A model generated the notes under the pieces. It searched no databases. It was not told where the DNA came from and worked only from the letters and a program-made list of their open reading frames with translations. From contig JAHLTZ010000009.1 in assembly GCA_025786725.1 (NCBI GenBank), positions 496,001-560,000 of the forward strand: a DNA stretch of 64,000 nt, written 5' to 3'. The DNA comes from Syncephalis fuscata S228 (taxonomy: Eukaryota > Fungi > Zoopagomycota). Positions 39,151 to 53,927 of the stretch are shown piece after piece; within the stretch, counting starts at the first letter, position 1; every line of letters begins with the position of its first letter. Position numbers and translations under genes: made by a program.

Positions 39151-40329
39151 TTAACGTAATACCAGTCCACCGTCAATGATCAGGGTCTTTCAATCAGCTA
39201 TTATTAGTCAATGTCAGTTATATCGAATATAATATTACCTGTCCAGTAACATAATCAGCCTGTGTCAGATAAAGAGCAGCTTTTGCAACATCCTAATAAT
39301 AAAATAATTAAACAGCAACATCGCTAATACTATGTATTACTTACATCTGGTATGCCAAATCGACCAAGTGGTATATCCTTTAACAATACATCTCCTCGCT
39401 GGTTAATATTTCTATAACTAGTCAAAATAACATAGCTATGCATTAAAATATTTACCCTTAGTCATATCAGTTTTAATGAAACCAGGAGAAATGGCATTAA
39501 CACGTATTTTCCGTGAGGCTAACTCTTTGGCCAATGCTTTGGTCAATCCTAATTATTTGACATAGAAGTAACTAAGTAGATGAATAACATAGCATACTGT
39601 AGGTATACTCACCAACAATGCCAGCTTTGGATGCTGCATAGCCACTTTGCCCGGTGCTACCTTGCTCGCCTACAGTACTAGCCAGATTGATAATACAACC
39701 TAAATAGCAAACAACAGATAGATGTATATATACTAAACTGTTAATTATATAGAACCCGTGATCTTACCCTTTTTTTGTCGCATCATTATTGGTGCAAAAG
39801 CCTTGCAAACGCGTATTGTACCCAATAAATTGACATCCAACATACTTTGCACTTCTTTAATCGATAACCGAGAGCACAGCCCATTTACTACAATGCCTAA
39901 ATAACAAATTAGTAACAACAACAATCATTGTACAAATTAAAACTCACCAGCTGAATTAATTACTACATCTACACTTCCCATAGCAGCTACACTCTATAAA
40001 TAGCTCAATATTAATTGCAATTACTAATAATATTAAACCACCTTGCACAACTGCTCCACTTGTTCATCCGATCGTACATCACAAATAGCCGCCACATGTC
40101 CAATAGAGGCTGCTTCAGACTTAATTTTGCTTATGTTGTCGTTATTGCAATCAATAAGACCAAAAATTTTATTTGTTGATAGTGTTGCTAGCGAGTCTAG
40201 CGAGTCATTTAAATGGTCCTTGTTTCGTCCCGCTAATACTAGACGATAGCCGGACTGAGCCAGTAATTGGCCACAGGCCAAACCAATACCACGAGAGCCA
40301 CCGGTAATCACGGCAGTAGGAATTGTCAT
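39151..40329 (-). CDS. Short-chain dehydrogenase, 3-oxoacyl-ACP reductase (FabG/CBR4-like), multi-exon
   Basis: [39 protein letters not shown]-terminal IIDGGL. Confidence 0.88.
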
Positions 40330-40697
40330 GTTGAAGAATCGCTGTTGGTATAGAATGTAATAATATTAGTGTAAACACAATAGACAAGTAATAATAATAA
40401 TAATTAAATTACACCTTTTTCACTCTTATATCGTTGTTGTTGTGTTTATTGATATTACTATTTCCACATCTTTTCTTGTGAATTCTTTTGTTAGCTTGTC
40501 TTTTCAAGTATTTTTATTGACTGCGTATACCAAAGCAACTATCCATACGAGTGTCTGTTCAATATTATTGTTTATTCGCTATGCGTCAAGGCGGACAAGC
40601 CATGTTTCTACATTCCGCTACACAGGCCATGAGCCCCTTACAACGTCATCGGCATGGTGGCTCAGTCCCTCGACGGCTCTCGCTTAGTTATAGACCC

Positions 40698-43600
40698 ATG
40701 ACGCTTTCTACTATCTCCAGTGTCATTATAGTGCTTCTACTGTGCTTCATGCAAGTAGAAGCCGGGTCTCCAGTAGTGAAGAGTCGATGGTTTAACCATT
40801 TACCGAACAAGCTTTCATTTTTTGGTAGTCAACCTGTAAGTTGCCTTCTAACAAATAAGCAAACAAATAGTAAACAGCCTATTATACTTATTTATATGCA
40901 AACAGACCGTACTATACTTTGACTCGGATGATAAAGTCGTATATCAATCGGAACAGGTGGGACAGGAGTGGCAGCCGGTTAAAGATGTTCCAGCCGGTAA
41001 AGTTGTGTCGATGCACATCCATCCATTTGATGATCAATTAGCAAGTGACTAATTAATAATAGTGTATGGATTTAATTAACTTGTTGACTAATATGAATAG
41101 GCATTTTTATTAACTGCTAGTAAAAAACATTATGTAACACATGATCGTGGTGCCAGTTGGTCAGCGTTTGATACGCCATTACCGCCCTCACGTACAGGTA
41201 AACCACTGGCATTCCACGCAGAGCGTAGTAACTATATTATGTTCTTTGGCGAAAACTGCTCATCGGGCGGTAAATGTCAACGAGATGTAAGCTATAATTC
41301 AATAGATAAATAACTTATAGAGATATATAGTAATATCAATGATACATTAGGCATTTGCTACGCGGGATACATTTGATACTGCACCTAAACTACTATTAAG
41401 AAATGCCCAACAATGTATATGGGCTCGCTCCACACCAAATACTTCATTGGCACCCGTCAAAACCATACTATGTATTGAAGTGGTGTCATCACTGTCCAAG
41501 TCGAAGGTGCACCATCAACTAGTTCGCAGTGATAATCTATTCTCTTCGAGAGAAGTTGTTAAACTAGAGACAAATTCTGGTAAACATGTTATTCAATCGG
41601 CAATTTCATTAGGTGCTACTGAAGGATTTATTGTAATGGCTGGTGTAAGTATTTACCAAGTACTAGTTAATTACCTGATTAATTTAACTATATGTAATAT
41701 TATCAATAATATAGAACGATGTTATTTCAAACGATGTTCAGCTATGGGTCACACAAGATACACATACATGGGCCAGAGTAAGTTTATATGGTAACTACAC
41801 TCTATGATGCTATTAAAACAATAATTTTAGGCCCATTTACCATCTGGCATTGGTATTAAAGATAATGTAATATACATAGCAGTCTATTTAGTATACAGTT
41901 ACTAATATTAATTAATAGGATTATACCATTCTAGAATCATCAGCTCATTCATTAAACGTTGAGGTAGCGTCAGAACACCAAAAGAACAACCAAGATGAAC
42001 GCCATGGCACACTACTTTCATCCAATAGCAATGGCACCTTCTATACCATCTCATTGCCTTATACAAGTCGAAGTGCCATTACAGGCAAGGTAGACTATGA
42101 ACGTGTAGCCAACGTTGAGGGCATTGCTCTAGCCAATACAGTGGATGCTCTATCAAAAACTGAAGCAAATTCACATATTAAAACGAAAATTACCTTTGAT
42201 GATGGTGGTAGTTGGCGTTTTGTTAAACCACCACTCGTTGACGAGAAAGGCAACGCATATGGATGTGGCAATGAAATACGCCTTAATCAGTGTTCTCTTC
42301 ATTTACACTCGGTAACAGAGACACGTAACATTGGTCGGGTCTTTTCGGCACCTGGTGCACCCGGTTATCTTATGGGTATTGGCAATGTTGGTGAATTCTT
42401 GCTGCCGTATGCTGAAGGTGATACATTTGCCAGTAAAGATGGAGGTGTTACATGGCAGCTGGTGGCCCGTGGACCTCATAAATGGGAGATAGGCGATGCC
42501 GGTAATCTATGGGTTCTAGTTGCCGATAAAGGAGGAGATGGCATCAATAAAGTTAAATGGAGTTCAGATCAAGGCGAGCACTGGCATACACTTGATCTAG
42601 ACGAGACTATAGTGCCACATGCTTTAACTACCACGCGTAAGAGTGATCAACGACAATTCATACTTGTTGGCAGTGCTGTTAATCCAAAAGAAGGTCGCAA
42701 AGCACAACACTGTGTCTTACATTTAGACTTTACATCCATTCAAACACGTAAATGTAGGTGAATTAATTAGTATAGATATAGATATGTTAATACTGTATAA
42801 ATACTAATTAGGTCATTTTGAAGAGAAAGAAAATGATGATTTTGAATTATGGCGAGTCCGTAGTATGTTGATTGATTCGAAATGTATTATGGGACATAGG
42901 GTAATTAATAATGAATAGTATTATAATTGTATGTAATAACACACACACACATATATATATATATAATCCATTAGACATGGTTCTGGAGAAAGAAGAAAAG
43001 TGTTGAATGTTATGTTGGTCGATCAATGGATACACCAGCCAAACAAGAAAACTGTCCATGTCAGAAACAAGACTTTGAATGGTTAGTAATATTATTGATA
43101 TTATTAATAATGTTATAAAATGTCATTTATTGATAATATCTATAGTGATTACAATTATGTCAGAGATGGTCAAAATGAATGTATTCTAAAGGGTAAAGAA
43201 CGTATTCCATCTGGTAAATGTACAAAGGAAGGTGAAAATTATATAGGATCCTCAGGGCAAGTACAGCATTAACTAGCTATTTAAATAGCTAATATAATAT
43301 AATGCAATATAATATAATATAGATATCGTTTAATTACGGGTAATACATGTGATCGTGAAAAAGGTGAACAACTCGATGAATTAAAAGAGAAACCATGCCC
43401 AAAAGGTAAGAATAGGCGTAATATATTATAATATAACAGTTTAATTAATAATAATGTAATTGTATAGTACGAGTGGTTAAACCGCCTGAGGGAAAAGTCA
43501 CTCATACTGAGGCAAGTGTTGTTAATAAAAGTACGAATGACTGTTTGATTAACATAATGTAATAGACTATATTTAATAGTTTACTTGGTGATATCATATC

Positions 43601-46600
43601 ATTTAAAAATAGTTCGGTAAGCTATCGTTTTTACTAACTATAAATCATCAATTTATACTATTACATATTAGACCATGTTATTAAAGACTATGAATGGTCA
43701 ATTATGGCACAGTCCAGATGAAGCAGCTAATTGGAAACTAGTTAAATTAAAGGGTACAGTTATCTATGCTGCTACACATCCAACTGATCCATTACGGGTA
43801 AGTAGCTGATCATAACACTGCCGATTATAATTAATATAATGACTAGGCCTATATTATTACCGATCAAGATGCAGTTTATATCTCCAAAGATCGCGGTGTC
43901 ACTTTTGATCAAATTACAACACCACTACCACCTAACAAATTGAATTTACCCTGGCTTGAATTCCATCCTAATAAGCCATCCTCTATTCTATTTACGGGCA
44001 GTACTGAGTGTCCAGGTTGTCATACTGAAGTACATGTATCACATGATGATGGACAAACATGGCATATGGTAAAATCATGGGTTCAATCTTGTCGATTCAG
44101 AGGACCCAAGATTGATATCTACTGTATTGCTTATAAACATACATCAGGAACATCACAGGATAAGTTGGCCGGTAAATCTACCGATGATAATCCATTGACT
44201 CTTCAATCAATGGCGGAATCTGATCGATCATGGCGTCAATTATTAACACGTGTTTATGAGATGCAAATATATGATACATTTGTATTAGCCACTACAGTAA
44301 GTGCATAACTAGTATATTAATTAATTAATTACTTATTATGACGTACTATAGCGACAAGGCTCTGATATGAATATATATACTAGTGAAGATGGTATTAAAT
44401 TTACACCTGCTCTATTCCCTCCCAATCTACGTGTTGATGGTCATGTAAGTATACTATACTATACTATATATATATCATTTAATAGATACTAATATGATCA
44501 CTATAGGCATTTACTTTATTGACTTCAGGATCAGGTGCATTATTTGTTGATATACTTAATCGTAAAACGGCAAATAAGGAATATGGTGCCTTATTCTCTT
44601 CCAATTATAATGGCACAAAATTCAGTCTATCTCTAGCAAATACCAATCGCAATGAAGGTGGACTAGTCGATGTCGAACGACTATCAGCTGTACAAGGTGT
44701 TTTATTGCCAATAAGGTTGATAACACTGAACAACTAGTGGATGCAACAACAAAGAAACAAATAGTAACCTATATGTCCTATAATGATGGTAGCTATTAGT
44801 ATAACTATATAAATAACAATTAATAGCATATTAATAGGTCGTACATGGAGTACATTGAAGGCACCAGAACAAGATATGGAGGGTCGTGCCTATAACTGTG
44901 ACAAAGTATAATCATATTACAAGAATACTAACAAAAATACTAATAACATTATTAATAGAAGTGCACTTTACATTTACATGGTCAATCAACTGCGGGTAAT
45001 CAGGGTGAAATATTTAGTTCACCAGGTACACCTGGTCTATTAATGGGCGTTGGTAATGTTGGTGATCAATTATTACCAATTAACAAAGCACACACCTATT
45101 TGTCAAGAGATGCTGGTCAAACATGGTCTGAAATAGGAAAAGGCGCCAATTTCCATGAATTTGGTAATTATGGTGCATTAATTGTTATGGTAGATCAGTT
45201 AGTGCCTACAAAAGTATTACAGTAAGTGGATATGGATTGTTACTAATAACCGCCTTTACTAATAACTATAATAGATATAGTTGGGATATGGGTGAACACT
45301 GGCATACTTATACATTTTCAAGTAAATCAATTAAAATAACGACGCTTACCACTCGACCTGGATCAACGAGTACAAAGTTCATTCTCGTTGGTATACTGGC
45401 CAGTAATGGAAATGATGATAATGGACCAACTGAAGATATGCAACAAATTGTAATTCAAGTTAATTTCTCACAACTAGAACCCAATCATTGTAAGTCATTG
45501 ATTATTAACACCATATATATATATATATATATATTAAATATTAAATATTAATATGCTTATAGGTGAACATAATGAAGATAAAGAAAAGAGTGATTTTGAA
45601 GTATGGGATCCATTAGAGAATGTGGAAGCGACTTGTTTCTTAGGTCAAAAGGTAAATTAGTTATTTATTTAATAGTAATGTATATATTGTATTAACTGTT
45701 AATCTATAGACACTTTATTGGAGACGTAAATTAGATCGTGTCTGTTTAATTGATGATGGTAAACACGGTTTGCCTAAACCACAACAAGAAGTGTGTAACT
45801 GTCAAATAGATGATTATGAATGGTATGTTATAAGATGCACTATCAATCATTGTAATAATACAAGAATGCTATAGTGATAATGGATTTTGGAGAGATGAGG
45901 ATGGTAAATGTAGTCTATTAGGTTTAGATCCACGTCGACCACCTCAATGTGACAAAAATGCAACTTATAAGGGCAGTACAGGGTAATATTTGTATTAATA
46001 TTAACATTAATATTGTAATTACAATCAATTAACTATATATATATATATATATATATTATTATTATTATTAGATATGTAAAGAATCCACGCAGTCAATGTA
46101 CAGGGGGAGAAAAGTTGGATGGCACAATTGACCGTAAATGTAGTGAATGTAAGTCATTTAATTACTATTGATTGATTAATTGATTAATTGAGTAATTACT
46201 AATGTTACTATTGAATGAATAGCTAAAGGAGCTCATGCAGATATTACACGGTTATCACATTTAATTCAAAATCAATTCTATTTCCCCAAATCTGAGGTAA
46301 TTATAGACTATTATGGATATTAACATTAACATTAATATTAATATTTATGTTTTAATAGAATGTTATGATTCATCTGTTGAATGGACAAGTATGGCATAGT
46401 GCTGATGAAGGCAAATCATGGCATCGGTTAATGAAGAAGCTGATTTAAATGTTATGGCATGTATCATGATGAAAACTTTGCGGATAGAGTATGTTAATTA
46501 GTTGAAATGATACTTATACTAACATATAAACTATAGGCTATTCTTGTAGCTAATGAAAAGAAAAAACATTATATAACCAAGAATCAAGGTGCAACACTAA

Positions 46601-49458
46601 CTGAAATTAGTACACCGACATCACCCAGTACATTTGATGTTCCCGTCTTTAAATTCCATCCAACAGAAGCAGATTGGTTAATCTACATTGGTAACAAGTA
46701 TTGCAGTGATGATGAGAATGAAGATGAAGGTGACGATAAGGAGAAAGGACAATGTCAAGCACAGGTAAGTCATTAAACAGTTAATTATTAATAAATAGTC
46801 TAATATAACCATATCTATATGTAAGGCATATAGTTCGAAAAATGGTGGTGAAACATGGACACTATTAACATCTTATGTACGACAATGTGATTGGTTATTT
46901 ACACCGAAATTGAAAGCATATGAAAAGGATGCCATTGTTTGTGAAGTCTATCAACAAGCATCAGGATCACAACGGACCTTTGTCGATAATCCACTTGAAT
47001 TGGTTATTGGACACCAAGAGTTTAAAGCGAAGAAGATAGCATTGACACCCATAGTTGGTTATTCAATTATTGATTCATTCATTATGGTAGCTGTTGTAAG
47101 TTTATTACAATAAGTAAATATAAATGGACTAATTAGATGGATTAATAGTCGGAAAAGGATGGCACAGGATTACGACTCTTGGTGTCAAAAGATGGACTGA
47201 CATTTATTAATACAGAATTTCCATCAAGAGAAAACGTTTTACACCAAGTAGGTAAAAGTATCAATAGTGGTGTTGGTAATGTTAATCACTATAATAGGCG
47301 TATACGCTATTGGAACCAACCCATGAAACACTTACGCTACATATTACGGAATCAGCCAAGAAAGGTGCAGAATGGGGGAATTTGTTGAATTCAAATTGGA
47401 ATGGCACCTATTATACGCAGTCATTGGGACATGTTAATAGAAATGAGAAGGGATTGGTTGATTTTGAGCGTATTCTAGGCATTGAAGGAGTAGCTATGGC
47501 CAATCAAGTGGCCAATACACAAGAATTGGCCAGTAAGCTTAATACACATTCGAAACAACTACGCTCTGTCATTACATTTGATAATGGTATGTATATATGT
47601 ATATATATATATACGACGATAGTGATTTGATATTAAGGATTAGCTAACATGATATAATAGGTAAAACGTGGAATTCATTACCAGTACCGAAATCAAATAT
47701 ACATGGTCGTCCACTAACATGTTCGGTAAGTTATTTACAAAAAAATGACGCTGCAATACTTATACTCTATTATAGACCAAGCCTTGTGCCCTACATTTAC
47801 ATAGTTTTACGGAAAAGGAAGATAGTACTAACATTTTCAGTGCCCCTACCGCTATTGGTCTTATGATGGGTGTAGGCAATGTTGGTGCTCATCTTGAAGC
47901 ATATAATAAGGCCGATACATTCCTCACCCGAGATGCTGGTCATTCATGGCAAGTTATTCAACAGGGACCGCATTTATATGAATTTGGGGACCATGGTGGT
48001 ATTATTGTACTTGTTAGCGACCAAGTACCCATTGACTATGTACTGTAAGTAATGGATTGTTAAAGTGATCATTAACTAATGTATCTATTTAGCTATTCGT
48101 TAAATGAAGGCAAGACATTTGAAAAGTTTTACTTTACATCATCGGATAAGAAGATGCGTATCACAAGTTTGACCACGGAACCAACATCGACTAGTCGTCG
48201 TTTCCTGCTCTTTGGCACGGCCAATCGTGGTGCCACCGAACAAATTATTATTCGTATCGATTTTAATGGATTACAGCAACGGAAATGTAGGTTACGATTA
48301 AAAGATAAATTAGTGTTATTTATTTATATACTTGTATTATATGTATATGTATATATTAGGTATACTTGATATGGATAATGAAGGATCAAATCAAAATGAT
48401 TTTGAATGGTGGCGACCAACAAGTCAAGCAAAGAAACAAGACGACCACGATGACGATGATAGTAATAAAGAATTACGTCATTGTCTATTTGGACATGAGG
48501 TAGGTAGATTAAAGTGAAAATAATATTTATTTAATTTATAAATTATAGACGAAATACGTACGGCGTATTCCTGATCGAGATTGTTATATTGGACACAAGT
48601 TTACTGGTGTAACACAACATGTACGCAACTGTACTTGTACTGAAGCTGATTTCGAATGGTAAATATTTATTCATTATTTATAATATATATATATAAACTA
48701 AATTTATATTAGCGATTATAACTATGTACGGGATGAACAAAATCGCTGTGTACTTGCACCAGGCATTACAGAAGTGGCACATGGTACTTGTAATGCAGAT
48801 GGCTATATGCGTTTATCTAGCGGGTATGATGATGCATATTAACAAGGCTATTGATATTTATATTTATTATCATTGTGTAGTTATCGTCGTATTGGTCTAT
48901 CAACCTGTCAAGGTGGCACTGAGCTAGATCAAGGTGAACTCGTGGATTGTAACGGTAAAGAGCAAATCAAATTATTACTAATAATAATAATATGTATATA
49001 TACTAATATAATGTATCTTTATATTAGTAGGCAATAGTGTTGGATGGACCCTATTTAAAGTATTCTTTTGGATTGCATTAATTGCACTTATTGGTCTATT
49101 ATGGTTCAGTAAGAGCGAGTGGGTTTATGAGTAGGTTGATATGAGCAATTTATAACACACTACTAATACGTACTATTATAGCTGGATATCCAATTATCGA
49201 CGTAATCAACAGCATCGTCGTACAGGCAGTACTGGTTCACAGCAATATGTACAATTCCGTGGATTCGGTCTATTTGATATTTCATGGCCATCAATGCCAC
49301 AATTCTCGGCTGGACAATTACCTACATGGTTGGGCAATCTATTCCGTCGTGTACCATATGCACGCCTCGATCGACGACGACGACGAGGTGGATATGAGAC
49401 AGATAATCTATTTGAGGAAGAAGAAATGTTTAGCGATGCAGAACTTATTGATATGTAA
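40698..49458 (+). CDS. VPS10: Vacuolar sorting receptor Vps10/sortilin-like with three Vps10 modules, many introns (alternative ATG 40581)
   Basis: Signal peptide, BNR/Asp-box repeats (S-D-G-TW), three copies of ER...EG...AN / LHLH / GVGNVG / Cys-rich module, TM helix near 49045-49110 and acidic tail ending DAELIDM. Confidence 0.9.
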
Positions 49459-49572
49459 CAATTGAAGAGATTGAACATGTGTTATATGCACAATGAATAC
49501 TATTTAACTAGAATTTATAATACGTATTTATCAATCATATGATCATCCACGTGGAATACAATAAAGTAACGA

Positions 49573-50750
49573 TTAGTTACGTGGTGGTGACCACATTTTC
49601 CATCCATCACTTTCCAAATAGCTAGTCATTGATTTCTCACGTGTCTTTTTCGCAGCTAGTGTCATAGCATCGGCTAGTGTAGGAGCATGAACTTGAGCAA
49701 TTTCATAGCCACCTATAACCGCCTTACATTGTATACCTTGTGGTATATCTCGATAGTAGAACTGAACACCTTTATCATCATAAGTGGATGTAGATGATCC
49801 CGATGTGGATGGTACAGAAGGTGGACTGGTAGGTATAGCTGCACTATGATCGGCTATTACTTGTGGACTATTCATCACTAATGAATCAAGCGAATTAAAT
49901 GGTTGGGCAATTGGTGATGCCGTATCGGACTGCTCCAAATTAGAACGTAGCAATCGTAGACCAGCAATAAAATCACTTGGTGTTTTGGCCATGCTCGTTA
50001 CTTGGGCATCGGTCATGGGTATACGACCACATCGACATTTAACTCGTTGTAATAGGCCCATAGTAGCTGTACGGGCTATTTCTTCACGCGCCGCTCGTTT
50101 ATTCGAATAGTGGTTAAATGAGTTGTATACGAATTCACCTTGATGGCCTAGTATAAGTTTGGCATAAAATCTTGGCTCATGAGCACGACTGCTGCGCGAT
50201 TCTGCATTATGGCATTTAATCTGAGCAGGTGGCCATGAAAAGACTATAGATAAATAGATAGATGGATAAATAAATAAATAAAATTATACCATCGATAGTA
50301 TATAGTATAGTATTATAGTTGGTTGGTTTTAGTGATATATAATAGGTTAGGTTGGTGTATTAACTTACAGTTGCATAGCATATTTAATGCTTGTAAATAA
50401 CTGCTACCTTTAGCAGTGCCTTGGCGTATGTTGGATTCGTGTAGTAAATCGGGGAGTGTAGTGCAATCGCATGGTTTAGCATCAGAATACTTATCGCTAA
50501 ACATTACTTTGCAGGCCAATGCTGCCGCTGCATCTTTGGCCGCTCGTTTAGACGGAAAAAAGCTAGGTGTGCTTTCGGTGTGTGGGTCCGCTGTCGTGTT
50601 GAATACGCCCAACTCGGGGACATAAACACTACAGCTAAAGCATTGTGGCAGCTTGATTATATAGGGCAAATGATGTTCTTCGAACGTGTATTCAGGCGTA
50701 GGCCAATGGCGTGCCTGACAATATTCTTGTAGTTGCGACACAGGATGCAT
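49573..50750 (-). CDS. Double-stranded RNA-binding domain protein (2 dsRBDs plus possible degenerate third)
   Basis: HPVSQLQEYCQARHWPTPEY...SKRAAKDAAA. After intron 50368-50244: YLQALNMLC...NKRAAREEIA. Confidence 0.8.
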
Positions 50751-53700
50751 ATAAATGAGACGACCAACAGCAGTTGTAAAAAAAATGAATGAATAGTAAC
50801 TAGTAACTAAAATGTATTGCTATTGTTCTATAAATGGTAGCCATGTTGTCATTTAAACATTGGTTGTCTATTATTCATACAACGCTTATTTCTAAGCCTC
50901 GCCATCACTACACTGGATAGCAGAGAGTTATGATAAAAAGAGTTTAATAATTTTTAAAAGAAAACAATAAATCGTGTACATGCAAATAACTTGCTTATTT
51001 TAAAAGCAATAAACATTTTAATATATAAATATGATTATTATAGCTTATTTGTAAATAATTATGCTAAAAGGTTATAAAGGTGGCAAGTAACTAAAAGTTT
51101 ATTATGTGACAATACTAGTCGTGTAAAGCAATTGACAATGGATATGTGCATGGCCATTTGTATGTCATCGTCTTTGTTCATAAAATAGATCTCAAGTTCA
51201 ATAAGCTGCTGTGTTACTTTTATGAATTGTAGTAAAAAACTATATTTAGAGTGTAGACTGGTAGGATGTATAGTCAAATAATGTTCAAACAATGATTAGT
51301 TACGAACATTGAAATTGGTTACAGTATTAAGAAGTGGGAAAGCAGTTGGTGGAAAGATACATGTATCCAGTTACTGTAATCATTGTGTTGATCATTTGTA
51401 TAATTTCGCAGTAATAGCCAACTTCTGTCATACTGTCAATATGATCGCTAAACAAGTTCACAAGGCCAGTACAACAGCCCGATCAATTATCGTCAAAAAT
51501 TCACAAACTATTGCCAACCTAACAACAAAATAACGCATAAAGCAAAAAATTCCCACCGTATATATATAAATATAATGCAACCTAGTCCAACAAGCACCTA
51601 CCACGTCAATAAAAGTGCCAGCACCGATAGGCGGAGTGGGAAATGATTGGCAGTAACGATGAGACTGAAATATAGCAGTACAAGGATGCGATATAGAAAG
51701 GATTTGCACCTAAGCTAGCCATCAGTCAATTACTGACATTGGCCAAGCAGTATCTATAGCCTGTGAATGCGTATACGCTAACAATACAGTCAAATACCGA
51801 TTAAAATAAAGAAAAGTCGGCACTATAGCTTGTTTATCTTTATCGTTATAAGTTTACCCACAATAGCTACACACCTAATTAATAAATGTAATAATAGGAT
51901 CGAATAAAAAGAGGAAACCTTTCTATAAAGACAAATTTAAGCATAAATTGTATGATTGATAGAATGATAAAGTAGTAGAATAGCAAATAATAATGAATAA
52001 AAAATATTTTTTAAAATACAAGTATAACTAAAGAACATATTAATTTAATACATTATAGAAAACAATGATTTGCATACTAAATAAAATAGATTCAACGCTT
52101 TATTTGCTCATTATATATAATGTTACTCTACGTATACTAATCATTAGAGTAATAGCTATTGTTAGTATTTACTTTATGTTTTATATTCTATTTTATTAAA
52201 TTAATAGTAACCAAACATTCCAATACTACTCTTTATACAATAAAATATCTTTCTATACAGCATTCTTTATTCTTGCTTGTTTGGTTGTTTCTACATTCTA
52301 GTCTGTCCAATTTGCTTCTTCCAAATAGGTCGGCTAATGGACCCTGCCAACATTGCCATACTTGTCATGAGCGGATTTCTTGCTGGTCAGCTGGTTGTTT
52401 CATCCTATGCAATGGCCTATTTTTGTTGCAATAAAACCGCGCACTACCAATAAGCATCGACTAGTTTATGGCTCAAAGTGATAACAGCATCTATACATGC
52501 ACGAGCAATGTAAGTGATTTGCTACATGTCATCATTAGGGGGGATAATACCGGTATTTTGAAACGTTTGATCTTTCGACTGATGCACTCCTATCGATAAG
52601 CTTTATGCTTGCTATCAGAATACACGCTATCATTCTTTTCTCGTCTTTATTATCAGCAAATGAATCAGCAACGTTTGTCCGGAAGTCGTGCCGAACCAAT
52701 ATCGTGTGTCATTAGAATCACTATAGATAATGCTAAACAATCGGAGATACGACCGATTGACAAAAAGTATGAATAATCATTTTCTATATTGTTTTCTAGA
52801 ACGATATTCTAATAAACTTTGTTGGTTATGATCGTTATCGGCGATCAATCTAACAGGTTCCCCTTTGTTCAAAACAAGAACCCCGAAAATAAACGAAAAG
52901 AAAATAAGGAGTGCGGACTTTTTCGGCAATATCGCTATCCGTCGGAGTGGTGATGATCTGTTTTATTCCCTCACTCATCCAGTCATTCTTAATCTATTGA
53001 TAGCAAATAAGATTTTTTCTTTATTGTTGTGTTTGTTCTCTTCTATAGAGATTTGTAGTAAATCACTATCTTTGTTTATAGTACTTTACTGTCGTATTAA
53101 GATAGCATGGGTAATTCTTTATTAAAGCTTGAGAATCAACTAAACAACAACAACAACAACACACGTGCTTACCATCCTTTGTATTGTAGTTTGTCTACCT
53201 AGATACCATGCATCTCAACGCTTTGTATTGCCTTTTTCTACCATTCAAGGCCAATAACAATAATAGAACAGTGCGGATTAGTTGGGACATGGTCATTGAG
53301 TGATCGTAGCTGCTGATGATTTTCACGGGTAACATTGGATTCGACGCCATTAGTCACGTATTTGGCAGTGTAAAGGCATTGCTTTGCTGCCGTGCCCTTC
53401 AATTACCAATTTGGCAGCCTTTGTTTTTTAAATTCCGCCAAATAGTTACACACAAATGCTTCTCACGCATTTGGCTGATGCTTGGCAATTTGAAGAATGC
53501 AAGGATAGGAAAAGCGTAATTACTCAATCGCTTGATTGGCTGATTAGCAAGTCCGAATTAGCCAGCATGAGAATCAAAGCAAGTATGACACCGATAACTT
53601 GGCTGCCGTTCTATGATTATAAAAGAACGATCGAGCAAAGCACGGTTAGCATGTCCATTACCTACTTTTTCTTATTCACTTTCCTTTACTACTATTGTAG

Positions 53701-53927
53701 CAAGGCTGTGCCTTTATTTCTTGTTTTTATCTCTACTCTATTCTAGCGAAAATTAGCTATTTTTTATTGATTATATTCATTAATCACCCTGCTAATTCAA
53801 ACTATCTTCTCTACCGTCTACCAATTGTTCTTATCACTTTCTTGAATATACGCACTTGCGTCTAGTATAATACTAAACCACTATAAATTTCTTTTTTCCT
53901 TTGATTATTTTTAATTAAGCTACCAAC

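Noticed and set aside
50800-53900. Hidden gene in the dsRBD-LPMO interval
   Set aside because: Only short motif-less ORFs and no consistent exon chain; treated as regulatory or intergenic.
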